From Eledone cirrhosa (lineage: Eukaryota): 64,000 nt of DNA. The stretch's first letter is position 1, and each line of letters begins with the position of its first letter. The stretch spans positions 5,890,001 to 5,954,000 of the forward strand of contig OZ024751.1 in assembly GCA_964016885.1 (NCBI GenBank), written 5' to 3'. Below the pieces are notes generated by a model that was not told the DNA's origin, searched no databases, and worked only from the letters and a program-made list of their open reading frames with translations. A program made the translations under genes and the position numbers. Below, one piece after another: positions 10,671 to 22,771 of this stretch.

Positions 10671-12741
10671 ATGGCTACGAAAAAGAAATTTCATAGGTCA
10701 CTCCCACTCATTCCGTCTTCTTCTTCCTCAATCATCACTACAGCAGAGAGAAGATTGTCTCTCTCCCTCCCTTCTCTTTCGCAAGCGACGAAAGAAAAGA
10801 AAAGTCTCGTGCAAAGCGTGCAAGATTTCTCCACGACGACGACGACAGCGACGAAACAGGTGTGCGGGAAATACGAAAACCCAGTTCATTCGTCTGACGT
10901 CAGGAATAATAGCAGTAGCAGCCGTAATAACAACAGCAACAGTGACAATGAAAACAACAGTAGCAGCCGCAACAGCATCACCAGCAGCATAAACAACAAC
11001 AGCATTAGCAGCAGCAACACCAACAACAACCACAGCAACAGCGGCGGAGGCAGTAGTCGTAGTACCTGCAGCAACAACAAAAGTACCAGCAGCTCTGACG
11101 ACAACAACAACAGCAGAGAAAAACCAATCTCATTTGCAGGTATTGCGAAAAATTTGGAAACAATCCTCATAACAAATGAGGAATTAGAGGAAGCGAAGAA
11201 GATGGTGACAAAGAACGGACACCGAGCAATCTGCAAGGCAGCGAAAAATTTTTTCGAAACCCAAGAGCACTGTACGGTCACGTACCGTACAGTAAGTACA
11301 AAATCCCGTAGGGTGGAAAGAGCCACAGAGGCCCAAATACAAAAAGCCTTTGGGGTCTGTGTGGCAGAGGAAAACGCACATCACCCGAGGCAAAAAATAC
11401 GCCACCGTAGACGTACTTTTTGCCACACCCCAGGAGGCAAAGGCCCAATCAGTAGTGACCCTAAGGAGCGAGGAAATGGTGTTGGTGCACTCCTACTGCG
11501 GGCAAAAAATTGTGAGGGTCAAACTGACCCACGTCCCCCCCGGAATGACCCCTTCTTGGCTGGCCGCGTCTGTCCTCGTCGGAATCGAGGACAAAACAAC
11601 TGTACTGCAAGTACAGAAAAAAGTAAGAGAAGATTGGGTCGGCTCCTCCATTGAGATGCTAATCCAAACCAACCAGGAGTGCATCGAAGCTATCCCGGAT
11701 GTGATAGACTTCGATAACGGCACTCAACTGCCCATAAGTGTTGAGGGCAAACGCCCGAAATGCTTTCGCTGTGGATCGAAGACTCACCTCAGGGCCTTCT
11801 GCAACGAGAAGACCCTGAGAAAGGAGAAAACCCCCCTCCTTCCGAATCCGGCTCCACGGCTACCAGCAACAGGACAAGCGGCAACCAGGAACGATAGGTC
11901 CGTGGCACCCATACCCACTCCACGGAAATCAAAGACAGCAGCAGCAGTGGAAATATTAACAACAACAACAGCAATACCAAATGCAGCTGCAACAGAGACT
12001 CCAGTGCAAACATCACCAACAACAACAAGTGAAAGAGTGGAGCTGGTACCCCTCCCCGTGCTTACAGAATCAGACATGGAGTGTGAGGTGGGAGAGGGAT
12101 GGCAAACGGTCGCAAGAAGGCACAAACGCAGAAGCAGCGCATCGTCGCCTTTGAAAAGGGAGGAAAGAAATAAGAAAAGGGTAAAGTCTACTGCAAAGAG
12201 ACCCACAGCAGCAACACCACCAACACCATCACCACCCACACCAGCACCACCATCACCACCGGCGACAACCCCACCGCCAACAACACCTTCAACACCACCA
12301 CCACAAGCACCAACATCGCAAAAACAACAACAAAACACACACACCCAGCAACAACGACAAGAAAATAGCAGAACCACACCCCACCCCCAGAAAAACAAAT
12401 GCACGGCAATAAACACACACAACAAGAAACTAATGACTTACATAATTGAACACACAGACATTTCACAACAGGACTACATAATACCAGCACCAATCAAAAC
12501 GCCAACTAACATAAGACTGCTAAAAATAGCACAGAAACAATACACAAACACTAAAACGAAATTCCCCAACGCAGTTGGTGATTTCAGGGACCTAGGAGGA
12601 ACCATCAATCGAAGAGTATATTCAGACATTCTCTTAGAAGAGCCGACGACCAGCCGAAGGGACGATTCAACGGTCCCTTCACCAGACGATCAAGTGAAAA
12701 GGGATGTAAAAACCATCCCTCCTCTACCAAAAGTACGGTAA
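10671..12741 (+). pseudogene. Tx1 ORF1 (nucleic-acid chaperone with zinc knuckle), one frameshift near 11352
   Basis: N/S-rich N-terminus (10671 frame) joins the 11350 frame at TTTGGGGTCT. CX2CX4HX4C knuckle CFRCGSKTHLRAFC and P/T-rich tail. Confidence 0.85.
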
Positions 12742-12776
12742 GTGGTCTTTCCCATCTTTTCCACTCTATTTTAAAC

Positions 12777-15700
12777 ATGACCTCACTCAGAATAGGCAGC
12801 ATAAATGCGCGTGGCTTGGGGTCGTCATGGAAGCAGGGTCACCTGCTCAACGACCTCAGGTCACTAAACATAGATGTAGTGGCCATCAGCGAGACCAGAA
12901 TCTCCGAAGCACGGGCCTTCGCACCGATCTTCGGCGGCTACGATGTGTACGCATCTCCCAGCCGTCCTGGATCGGGTGGAGGAGTTGCTGTGCTTTTTCG
13001 GAGAGGTTTGGATCTCGCCATACGGGCCATCTTCCTGGACCCAGAGGGTAAGCTGGTGGTGCTGGACGTGACCAGCGGAGACGGGCAAGCTTTCAGGCTA
13101 GTGGCCGTCTATGCCCCGACAGGAGCAGGGCGGCCTGATTTCTTCCGGCGTCTGGAGACCTTTCTTGGAACGTCCCGCTCTTTAGTGTTAGTGGGCGACT
13201 GGAACGGGATCTTAGATGCACGCTGGGACTGTGTGGGATTAGCGGATAGGGGTGGAGGGTGCAAGAGCCTCACCAACCTGCTCAGGCGTTTTGAACTGTC
13301 TGACAGGTAGCGATTGGATTTCCCGAATGTGCCAATGTGGACTTGGACAAACCGCATAGGGTCATCCAGATCATATCTAGATAGAGTATTTTGTAGGGAA
13401 ATAGATAGGTCTAGCATAGGCTGTCCACAATTCAAGATAGTCAGCTACACGGACCACAAATTCGTGACCTGTGTGCTTGACTTAGATAGGCTTCATAGAC
13501 GAGGACCCGGCTACTGGAAGCTAAACGCGTCCTTACCAGCGCGCAAGGCCTACAGAGACCGGATTAGCGAACTAGTTAAGCGGGCGTTGACGGGGGCCAT
13601 CGTCAACAACAAGTGGTGGTTTGCTCTGAAAAGAGCGATTAGAATAGAATCGATTAGGTTTAGTAAGGCTTTAGCAATAGAGAAAAATAGAGCAGAGGGA
13701 GAACTAGTTAGAAAATTAGACGAGGCGCTTAGCAAAGGCATTGCGACCGACGTGCTTGCGGCGAAATTGGCCCTTGACCAATTCTTCAATGCAAAGCACG
13801 AAGGCTGCGTTGTCAGAGCAAGGGTGCGTGCTCTCAGACACGAGGGGACGAAAGCCGTTCAATGGGCCCGAGTGGCGGAGGCGCGTCGTGGCAACAAAGC
13901 CACGATCCGGTCTTTGGTGGACCACGACGGGCGCATGCTACTCGATCCCGGGCAAATGTGTGAAGCTTTTCAGCGACACTTCGCTCAGCTGTTCGGGGGC
14001 AGCGGTGGGCCGGGTAGAGGAATGGACTTTAGTGTCTACCTCGACGGACTGCCGCGGCTCTCGGCCACTGAGGCGAAGTGTTGCGAAAAGCCGATAACTG
14101 CCGCTGAAGTAAGGGAGGCAATGACTGGCTGCACAAGGGGTAAATCGCCTGGTTTGGATGGTCTGCCCTATGAACTTTACGTACAGATGCCAGACTTGTT
14201 CGGAGGCCTCTTGGCGGACGTCTACTGCAACTGGCAACAGAACGGGAGAATTCCAAGTTCTGTGAGCCGAGGAGCGGTGGCACTGCTGAGAAAGGATCCG
14301 AACAAGGGGGATAACATAGAAAATTTCCGGCCCATAACTCTGCTAAACACAGAGTTTAAGATTTTGGCCAAGGTGCTAGCAAAGAGGTTGGCGCTTGTCG
14401 TTGGTGGTCTGGTGGGAGAGGCGCAGACATGCGCCATTCCCGACAGATCCATCCACGACAACCTCCACCTCATGCGATACATCGTAGAGAGGGTAGCTAG
14501 GGAACCTGGCACGGGTGGGTCCTTGATCAATTTAGATCAGTCGAAAGCTTTCGATGGGGTCGACCATCGTTACCTAGCGGCAGTCCTGAGGGCGGCTGGC
14601 TTTGGGCCCGTCTTCAGAGGCTGGATCGCTGCCATGCACAGCGACATCTGCTCTGTGGTGAGAGTGAACGGTCACCTGTCGGAACCGTTCAACATCATGC
14701 GCTCGGTCCGCCAAGGATGTCCCCTCTCGTCCCTCTTGTACGTATTGACTCTCGAGCCATTACTGCACAAACTGGAGACGTTGAGGGGGGTCCCGCGCGA
14801 ACTAGGATGCGGAAGATCCGTATCAGCATATGCGGACGATGTCACCGTAGTGGTGTCGAACGCCAAACACATCGAGGCGATCGGCACTACACTAAGAGAA
14901 TACGAAGCGGTGACAGGAGCAATGATCAACCAGGAAAAGTCAGTGGGCCTGCAGCTCGGCACCTGGAGAGGCAGGTCCATGCCGTCCAACAGCGTCGTCG
15001 GACGCTGGACGGACGGACCGGTTAAATTGCTAGGGGTCTGGTTCGGTCCGGACCTCCAGACGGACAAAAACTGGGACGAGGTGACGAGCAGGGTGGCTTC
15101 TCTCACCCAGAAATGGGCCGAGAGGAAGCTATCCCTGAAAGGTCGAGCGGAGGTGGCTAACGCGTACATCGCGTCCGTCATCTGCTACCGCCTGACCGTC
15201 GTACCTTGTCCTAAGCCTCGCCTGACTGTGCTGGAGCGTTTGCTCTTTCGCTTTTTGTGGAAGGGACGCGCTCCGATGGTCAGGCGGTCCATCTGTTGTC
15301 AACACCCGCTACGTGGAGGGCTGGGCATGCCGTGGCTGATGATGCGCAGGCACGCGCTCAGGCTACGACATGTCCACCTCTTCCTCGACGGTGATCAGGT
15401 GTGGTCGCCGTTTGCTAGACGCGTGTTTCCCCAGCTCGTTTCCTTGACGGAGCTGCAGTCCTGGGTCAAGCGAAGACCGAGAGGGAGCGCCTGGAGACTG
15501 GAATGTCTTCAGGCGCTCACAGCCCTCGACCAATCGGGCAATGTGATCGGTGGAAACTCCACCTCGGCGTTCTATAGAGGATTAGTGGAGGGGAAGAGCG
15601 ACGACGTACTTGGGGAAACTCTAGGCGTCGACGAAAATCAACTAGCCAATCTCTTCGGAAGAACTTTCGGGCCAGGGCCTATGGACAACTTCCAGAAATC

Positions 15701-16196
15701 TCTGGCCTGGCAGTGCTACCGAGGAGCCTTGCCAGTTCGGGACAAACTCTACAGGCATGGAGGTGCCGTCAGCCGGGCATGTCCGAGATGCGCGCAGGGC
15801 GACGAAACCGTCCTGCACGCACTCGTCCAGTGTCCGAAAATTGCTGACTTGTGGGTTTATGTCGAACACCTGCTGTCGCGTTTAGGACGGATCCAGCTAT
15901 CATCTGAGTCCATCGTGAGGATTGCCCCGCCCTCCTCCTTTAGCCGGGAAGGGCAGGCAGTTTTTATCTGTCTGGTGGCCATGGCGAAAGAGATAGTATG
16001 GTGGACACGTTTGAAAGGGCTGAAGACGAGCACTTACCTCTTCGGTGATGCTCTGATTGACTTTTTCAAATTTCATTTGAAAAGGAAAATCAGAGTAGAG
16101 AGGGAAATGCTCTCTTCTCAGCATTTTGTTGAAAGATGGGTGAGAGAAGCAAGAATGGCCCGAGTGAATGGGCCGACTCTGAGTATATATCTGTAA
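12777..16196 (+). pseudogene. Tx1 ORF2 (APE endonuclease, RT, zinc finger), single in-frame TAG at 13308-13310
   Basis: NARGL, SET, GDWN, YLDRV, TDH; KSPGLDG, FRPITLLN, QGCPLS, YADD; CPRC..ETVLHALVQC. Confidence 0.93.
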
Positions 16197-16456
16197 ACTA
16201 AAGGTGGAAAACTGGGAGAGGGCACTTGCCTTGGTGGTCAGGGTCATTGTGGCTTTTTACTGGGCTTTCTCCACAAATGTCCCTCCGAAGTCTCCCCCCT
16301 ATTGGGGAATTTTTCATTGTTATTTTCATTGTTATTTTTGTTACATCCTCTGTTTTTGTTTTTTTACACGCAGAAATGCCCATTTGTACCGTCCTGCATT
16401 GTCCTGCACTGTCCTTAATGTCTACTTTATGTAAACCCTTGTGGTTAATAAAGAAA

Positions 16457-16525
<69 letters not shown>

Positions 16526-16527
<2 letters not shown>

Positions 16528-16703
16528 GGCAGTATCAGTAGTGAGTCGGCCGCAATGTTTTCCTTTACGGTCTGAGTTCAAATTCGCGCCGGGGTTAACT
16601 TTGCCTTTCATCCTTACGGGTTCGATAAAAGAAAGTACCAGTAACGTACTGGATAATTGCTGACCTTGTGCCAAAAGTAGAAACAATTATTATTATTATT
16701 ATT
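16526..16703 (+). mobile_element. tRNA-derived SINE
   Basis: Homologous to 1454-1647, with (TTA)n tail. Confidence 0.8.
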
Positions 16704-17393
16704 GGCGTCTGACGTTTGAAGATGTGAAATTGTGTGCTTCAACAAGGGTCTTAGACAGACACAACATCCCTGTATATATGTGTAGTGCCCAACAAGTCAG
16801 ATTGTGTAGGAGAGCAGTTTGGGATTCGAGGTAACATCTCAATACTATTGGTATCGAACTCAAAGCTCTGTTTATGACGAAAATCCTCCAAATGATGTTA
16901 GTTATTAATAAACACGATCCTGCAATTTCGATCCTGAAGACAGCGTATCTTGTGATTTATTCGGTGTCTTTCATGGCACCATTCTGTATCTGCTTTCAAT
17001 ATCTAGGGATATTTTACCCTATTTCCTCGTCTTTTGCCTCGAGAAAAGTTTAATTATGGCATACTGATGAGGGTAGTTTTTTTTTAGTTTGCTAATTATC
17101 CATTTCATTATGGTAATTGTACTGTTTTCTCAAGATCCGAAACAATGTTGTCCAGGACTGTAGTAGAACTCTCCAAGTCTACTGCTACCGTAATGGAAGG
17201 AATATTTGTAATGCGCTTCTCGACTCAATGTTATTTATTTACAAGATTAAAAATGTTCAACCCATAACATATTGTGAAGTAAGGGCGCTGTGGTTTTAAT
17301 ATTCTTAGCACTAATCTACATTCAGCGTTTAATGTGCATCGAGTCGAGATTTGGTATATCTATATATATTCATGTATATATTCATATACATAC

Positions 17394-17460
<67 letters not shown>

Positions 17461-18461
17461 GGTTTGTGGTTCACCACTGTATAGAGCTGGTCTATTCCGT
17501 ATGGTCAATCGTAATGTAATAATATAGAGAGTACTCAACGTAAAGCAGTTCAACCGTCTTTGTTTTTGTAGTTTGTGGTGCTATTACGGAGTTAAATATT
17601 ATAATGAAATGACAGCAGGCTGGATTTGTGTAAATCCTTGAACGGAGCGCGGCCGGTTTTTAACCGCCACATAGTACCTTTAAATTACAGATCAAATCAG
17701 AACTATTAGATATATCAACCTTAAAATGTTAAACTGTTTAACTTTAAATTTTCTAATTTCTTTGATATTAATTATTAATTATTAATTTTTAACTTCATCC
17801 TATAAGTCTAAACAAAAACGTAATGTTTCAATCTTCTGCTCACACATTATAACACACTGACCCCCACTATATTCACCTCTGCTAAGATACGGGTCCCTGT
17901 GAACATTTTCTCGCGCCACTCCTGGCCTGATTGTAGTCTGACATTAATATCGACCTTTCTTCCTCTTTCTTTCTATCTTCCTTCTTGTTGCCATCAACCT
18001 TTATACTTCTACTTCTTCCTTTTCTTCCTTCTTTTCTACCCTCTTTCTGTCTTCCTTCCCCCTTTTTGTTCGCCTATATCTGACCGGTAGTAGTTGTTTA
18101 GATACGGGTCCCGTGGAATAAAAAAATTTCTTCGCGACAATCCTGGCCTGACTGTAATACCGACCTTTGCTCCTCTTTCTTTCTGTCTTTCTTCTTATCG
18201 CTGACATTAACCCTGGCTTCTCTTCTTCTTCCTTCCCTCTTCTTCTCTCTCCTTCATTTCTTTCTTTCTTTTGTCTTGTAACTTATGTTCCCACCCCTTT
18301 CTGTTTTCCTTTATCTGACCGGTAGTAGCACACTGTGAGCCTTAGCCACGTCACTCGAGGGCGACCGGCTAAGATAGAGGGTGCAAGATAGCGGTCGCCC
18401 TCGGGTCCTCGATTTTCAGCCCCATGGATTTTATCTATTACATTCACGTATTATATTTCGA

Positions 18462-18519
18462 ATACCTGATGATATCACCGGATTCATACTGAACCCGGTC
18501 ATTGAAATGATCATAGTAT
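18462..18519 (+). ncRNA. Type-I hammerhead ribozyme
   Basis: ATAC-CTGATGA-T-ATCACCGG...CCGGTCAT-T-GAAA-T GATC A-TA-GTAT, with palindromic loop III and AUA site. Confidence 0.85.
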
Positions 18520-20723
18520 AATAAACCTTTCAAGGATTTACACAAATCCAGCCTCCTGTCATTTCATTATAATATTTAACTCCGTAATAGCACCACCAAC
18601 TACAAAAACAAAGACGGTTGAACTGCTTTACGTTGAGTACTCTCTATATTATTACATTACGATTGACCATACGGAATAGACCAGCTCTATACAGTGGTGA
18701 ACCACAAACCTGAATAAATAATGCTCCTGAGATGTCGAACACTTCCAAATGTAATAATGAACAGCGGCATGGGACTGAATATATCTAACCACCATTCGGA
18801 CTGTGGCTACTCGGTGTTTTCGCATACCGCCAACCTGGCCCATAGCTACTTCCCTCTCAGAATATTCGGACCTCGACGAAACTCTACGGATTATACCATC
18901 ACATGTATTGTACTGCACTGTATCAACTGAATTCGCTACCCTATACTTCTGGGCATGTCTAACTCACACTGAATTCCCAGATTCGAACACACAGTGACTC
19001 CATTTCCACATCTATATGCATTATCTGACTGTAACTTGAACTATATTGTATTTCTCCTGTGTCCTGAACTATCCATTTACCCGACTCTTGTTTGTTTATT
19101 TATATCTTTATATCTTTATTTGCTGTATTAATGCTTTTCCACATATTCTACCTCTATACATCCATGTACTTTTTACTTCCCTTATTCGGACTTTTACTCG
19201 CGTGTACCCTTAGCACACGACACTAGTGTGTCTCCCCCTGGGAACATTAATACTGCAACATGAACTATATTGTACTTCTACTATGTCTTGTTTTCTCCAT
19301 CTTACTCCAACACCACTCTTGTTGGTTTATTTACATATTTATATCTATATATTGATATATTTATATATTTATACCTTTGCTTTATCAATGTGCTCTTCCA
19401 CGTATTCCACTTCTATGTATCCATGTATTTCCACTCCTCCTATTGGGACTTTTGCTCACTTGTCCCCATTAGCACACGACACTAGAATGTCTCCCCCTGA
19501 GAACAAAAATAAATATTACCCGACTATATCCCGTACTGTACATCCCACTAAGACAAATTATAGATCTACATAATACAATTAACGTCTCTTCATAAAAGAC
19601 TCTCTTTAATTAAACCCCGCAACCCAAAACCTTATAAAAGTTTTTTTTATAGGTTTGATTTTCAATTTTCTGTTTGTTCAGTTCTTAATCCCCTTAATCT
19701 TTAATTTTATAATGTTATTCTGAATTCCTTCAACTTCATCCTATAAATTTAAACAATATTTTAAAGTTCCAACTTTCTGTCGGGCTGTTGGGTGGGTTTT
19801 AATGGCGGCGCCCCCTGAGGCAAGGGCCTACCTTGAGTGCTTGGAAAAATAAATTTCCCCTTCTTTCGGTAAATGAAAATACTCAGAGTGGCTTAATTCG
19901 TCTCGGAGTGCGGCCGGTTTTTAACCGCCACATAGTACCTTTAAATTACAGATCAAATCAGAACTATTAGATATATCAACCTTAAAATGTTAAACTGTTT
20001 AAATTTAAATTTTCTAATTTCTTTGATATTAATTATTAATTATTAATTTTTAACTTCATCCTATAAGTCTAAACAAAAACGTAACGTTCCAATATTCTGC
20101 TCACACATTATAACACACTGACCCCCACTATATTCACCTCTGCTAAGATACGGGTCCCTGTGAACATTTTCTCGCGCCACTCCTGGCCTGACTATAGTCT
20201 GACATTAATATCGACCTTTCTTCCTCTTTCTTTCTATCTTCCTTCTTGTAGCCATCAACCTTTATACTTCTACTTCTTCCTTTTCTTCCTTCTTTTCTCC
20301 CCTCTTTCTGTCTTCCTTCCCCCTTTTTGTTCGCCTATATCTGACCGGTAGTAGTGGTTTAGATACGGGTCCCGTGTAAAAAAAAAAACTTATTCGCGAC
20401 AATCCTGGCCTGACTGTAATACCGACCTTTCCTCCTCTTACTTTCTGTCTTTCTTCTTATAGCTGACATTAACCCTGGCTTCTCCTCTTCTTCCTTCCCC
20501 ATTTTTCTCTCTCCTTCCTTTCTTTCTTTCTTTTGTCTTGTAACTTATGTTCCCACCCCTTTCTGTTTTCCTTTATCTGACCGGTAGTAGCACACTGTGA
20601 GCCTTAGCCACGTCACTCGAGGACGACCGGCTAAGATAGAGGGTGCAAGATAGCGGTCGCCCTCGGGTCCTCGATGTTCAGCCCCATGAATTTTATCTAT
20701 TACATTCACGTATTATATTTCGA

Positions 20724-20781
20724 ATACCTGATGATATCACCGTATTTATACGGAACCCGGTTATTGAAATGATCATAGTAT
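20724..20781 (+). ncRNA. Type-I hammerhead ribozyme (second copy)
   Basis: Same core as 18462-18519, 2262 nt downstream. Confidence 0.85.
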
Positions 20782-20970
20782 AATAAACTTTTCAAGGATT
20801 TACACAAATCCAGCCTCCTGTCATTTCATTATAATATTATATATATATATATATATATTTAATACAGTTTTACAATAGATTAGAAGCACTCCAAAGTTAT
20901 GGTTTTCCGGAGTTATTAATATTAATTTAAAATATTAACAAATATAGACATTCTTGTGATCGAGTATATG

Positions 20971-21029
20971 TTATTATACATATTTCAGAGGTACTGAGCT
21001 ATTTACAACAGTACGTCCTCATCAGATAA
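20971..21029 (-). ncRNA. Type-I hammerhead within pLTR-like fragment 20860-21119
   Basis: TTAT-CTGATGA-GGAcGTACTG...CAGTACcTCT-GAAA-T ATGT A-TA-ATAA. Adjacent 30-bp inverted repeat at 21047-21118. Confidence 0.75.
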
Positions 21030-21119
21030 AATAAGATGATGCTTGACATACCTTGACTATGTTGATGGTTAAAATTTGAAATATCCTGAATTTTAACCAT
21101 CAACATAGTCAAGGTATGG

Positions 21120-21436
21120 CGCGAAATTTATTATAATTATTGACCAACCAATCAAATTACTTCTCGAAAAACTTGGCATTTCGAGCCACTTTTTCCATAT
21201 AAAACAAGTAACATTCAGAGACCAACCAGATGTGAGAAAAACCACAGACCCTCCATCTCAACTCTACTTTTGAAAAGCAGAAGAACTGCGAAACCGGTAA
21301 AGGAACCAAATAAATATATATTTAAAAAAAAAAAATAAGACTCCAGTTGCATTTTTCGATTTCATCTTTTTTACTTTATACTTTCACTCGTGTAGGACAC
21401 CTCGGTTATTTTTCATTTTGTAAAAAAAAACCTCAC

Positions 21437-21443
<7 letters not shown>
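21120..21443 (+). mobile_element. Family A pLTR-like copy with intact U3-A8 HHR (21267-21302)
   Basis: CTT-TTGAAAA-GCAG aagaa CTGC-GAAA-CCGG-TA-AAG. Ends in (TA)n. Confidence 0.8.
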
Positions 21444-21502
<59 letters not shown>

Positions 21503-22328
21503 TTTGACCTGTTTAGCTTGCCTCGTCTTTTTGGCTTAGGTGGTTGATGGCTTCTTCACCGTCATCTTAGTTTGTTTGGCCTTATAACCTATGTTTATTG
21601 CTCTAATCTCTATTTGGTCCACGGAGCGCTTGCCAGCATAACTCGGATATTGCGGTTCGCTTGTTTTCGACCATAGCCGAAATATGAATCATGCTGAAAT
21701 TATATTTGTATTAATCTCCCGAGTCTAATAATTAACCAGTTAAATATTTTTTTAGATAATTCTATTGACTGAGTCATTGCTTAAGTTTATTTTAAAAACT
21801 TCGCTGTTGAGAGCTTAATTTGATTTGTGCAGATTTTACAATTATTGCATTAATTTTACAGTTACTGAATTCATCTGCCAAAATCTGGGGTTTTCTCCTT
21901 TCAAGAGTTACACACGTGGTTTCACCACTACATAACACTGTGTGATTCTGAACGCTGGCGTAGAACAAAATACATGTTGACGAAGTGACAGCCTTGTTCG
22001 ATCATTATACCAAACGCTTATTATTTTAAGCAGGCAGTATAATTGATTTAAGTGTCGCAGAAACCCTATACTGGATTATACCATCATTTCCAGGGTCCGG
22101 GTAAATATTTCATTTATTTTGTTTGACCTGTTTTGCTTGCCTCGTCTTTTTGGCTTAGGTGGTTGGTGGCTTCTTGACCGCCATCTCAGTTTGTTTGGCC
22201 TTATAACCTATGTGTATTGCTCTGGTCTCTAATTGGTCCATGGAGCGCTTGCCAGCATAACTCGGATATTGTGTTTCGCTTTGTTTTCGACCCTGGCCGA
22301 AATACGAATCTCGCTGAAATTATATTTA
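21503..22328 (+). mobile_element. Family C retrozyme-like element, ~619-bp monomer plus ~205-bp terminal direct repeat, HHR-like motif 21971-22103
   Basis: Direct repeat 21503 / 22122. TTGACGA-A-GTGAC[long stem]GTCGC-A-GAAA-CCCT...AGGG-TC. Confidence 0.7.
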
Positions 22329-22713
22329 TATATATTTATATACATATATATATGGGAGAGATTCGGATTCGATTCTTCGTAACAGCTGCTATTATTTATA
22401 TCATTCTTCTGGCCTTGTGCCTATATAAGAAACCATTATTTATATCATATTCTGGCCTTGTGCCTATATAAGAAACCATTATTTATATCATTATTTATAA
22501 TAATCGACTGTGGTTACAGTTAATTTGTGTGGTTGAGATTCCTACATTTTTCAAGTATAGACACACACAGACACACATACGTGCGCGCGTGCACACACAC
22601 ACATATATAGACACATATATAAATACACGTTTACACAAGCCCGGCACGTCGAACTTTCTTTCCTCTTTGTGAAACTGATAAGACTTTTTTAACCTTTATG
22701 TGTTGTTCCCCTG

Positions 22714-22771
<58 letters not shown>

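Larger units (their letters stand above)
10453..16526 (+). mobile_element. Full-length Tx1/L1-clade non-LTR retrotransposon
   Basis: 5'UTR, ORF1, ORF2 (APE-RT-zinc finger), 3'UTR, AATAAA and a long (TTA)n tail. GC-rich against the AT-rich background. Confidence 0.95.
17455..20838 (+). mobile_element. Non-coding PLE/retrozyme-like element: inverted 5' piece plus ~1.4 copies of a ~2261-bp monomer
   Basis: 17455-17642 is inverted to 18529-18715. Direct repeat 17643-18577 / 19904-20838 with an HHR in each copy. No long ORF. (TA)n flanks. Confidence 0.85.

Noticed and set aside
11340-13313. Programmed frameshift in ORF1 or TAG readthrough in ORF2
   Set aside because: There is no canonical slippery site; an extra G in a homopolymer and a probable TAC>TAG change are simpler explanations.
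14672-15181. Antisense and alternate-frame ORFs within Tx1, Helitron and PLE sequences
   Set aside because: Shadow ORFs of GC-rich coding sequence.
17060-17112. CTGATGA plus hairpin (also CTGAAGA at 16934)
   Set aside because: No GAAA..UH half follows.
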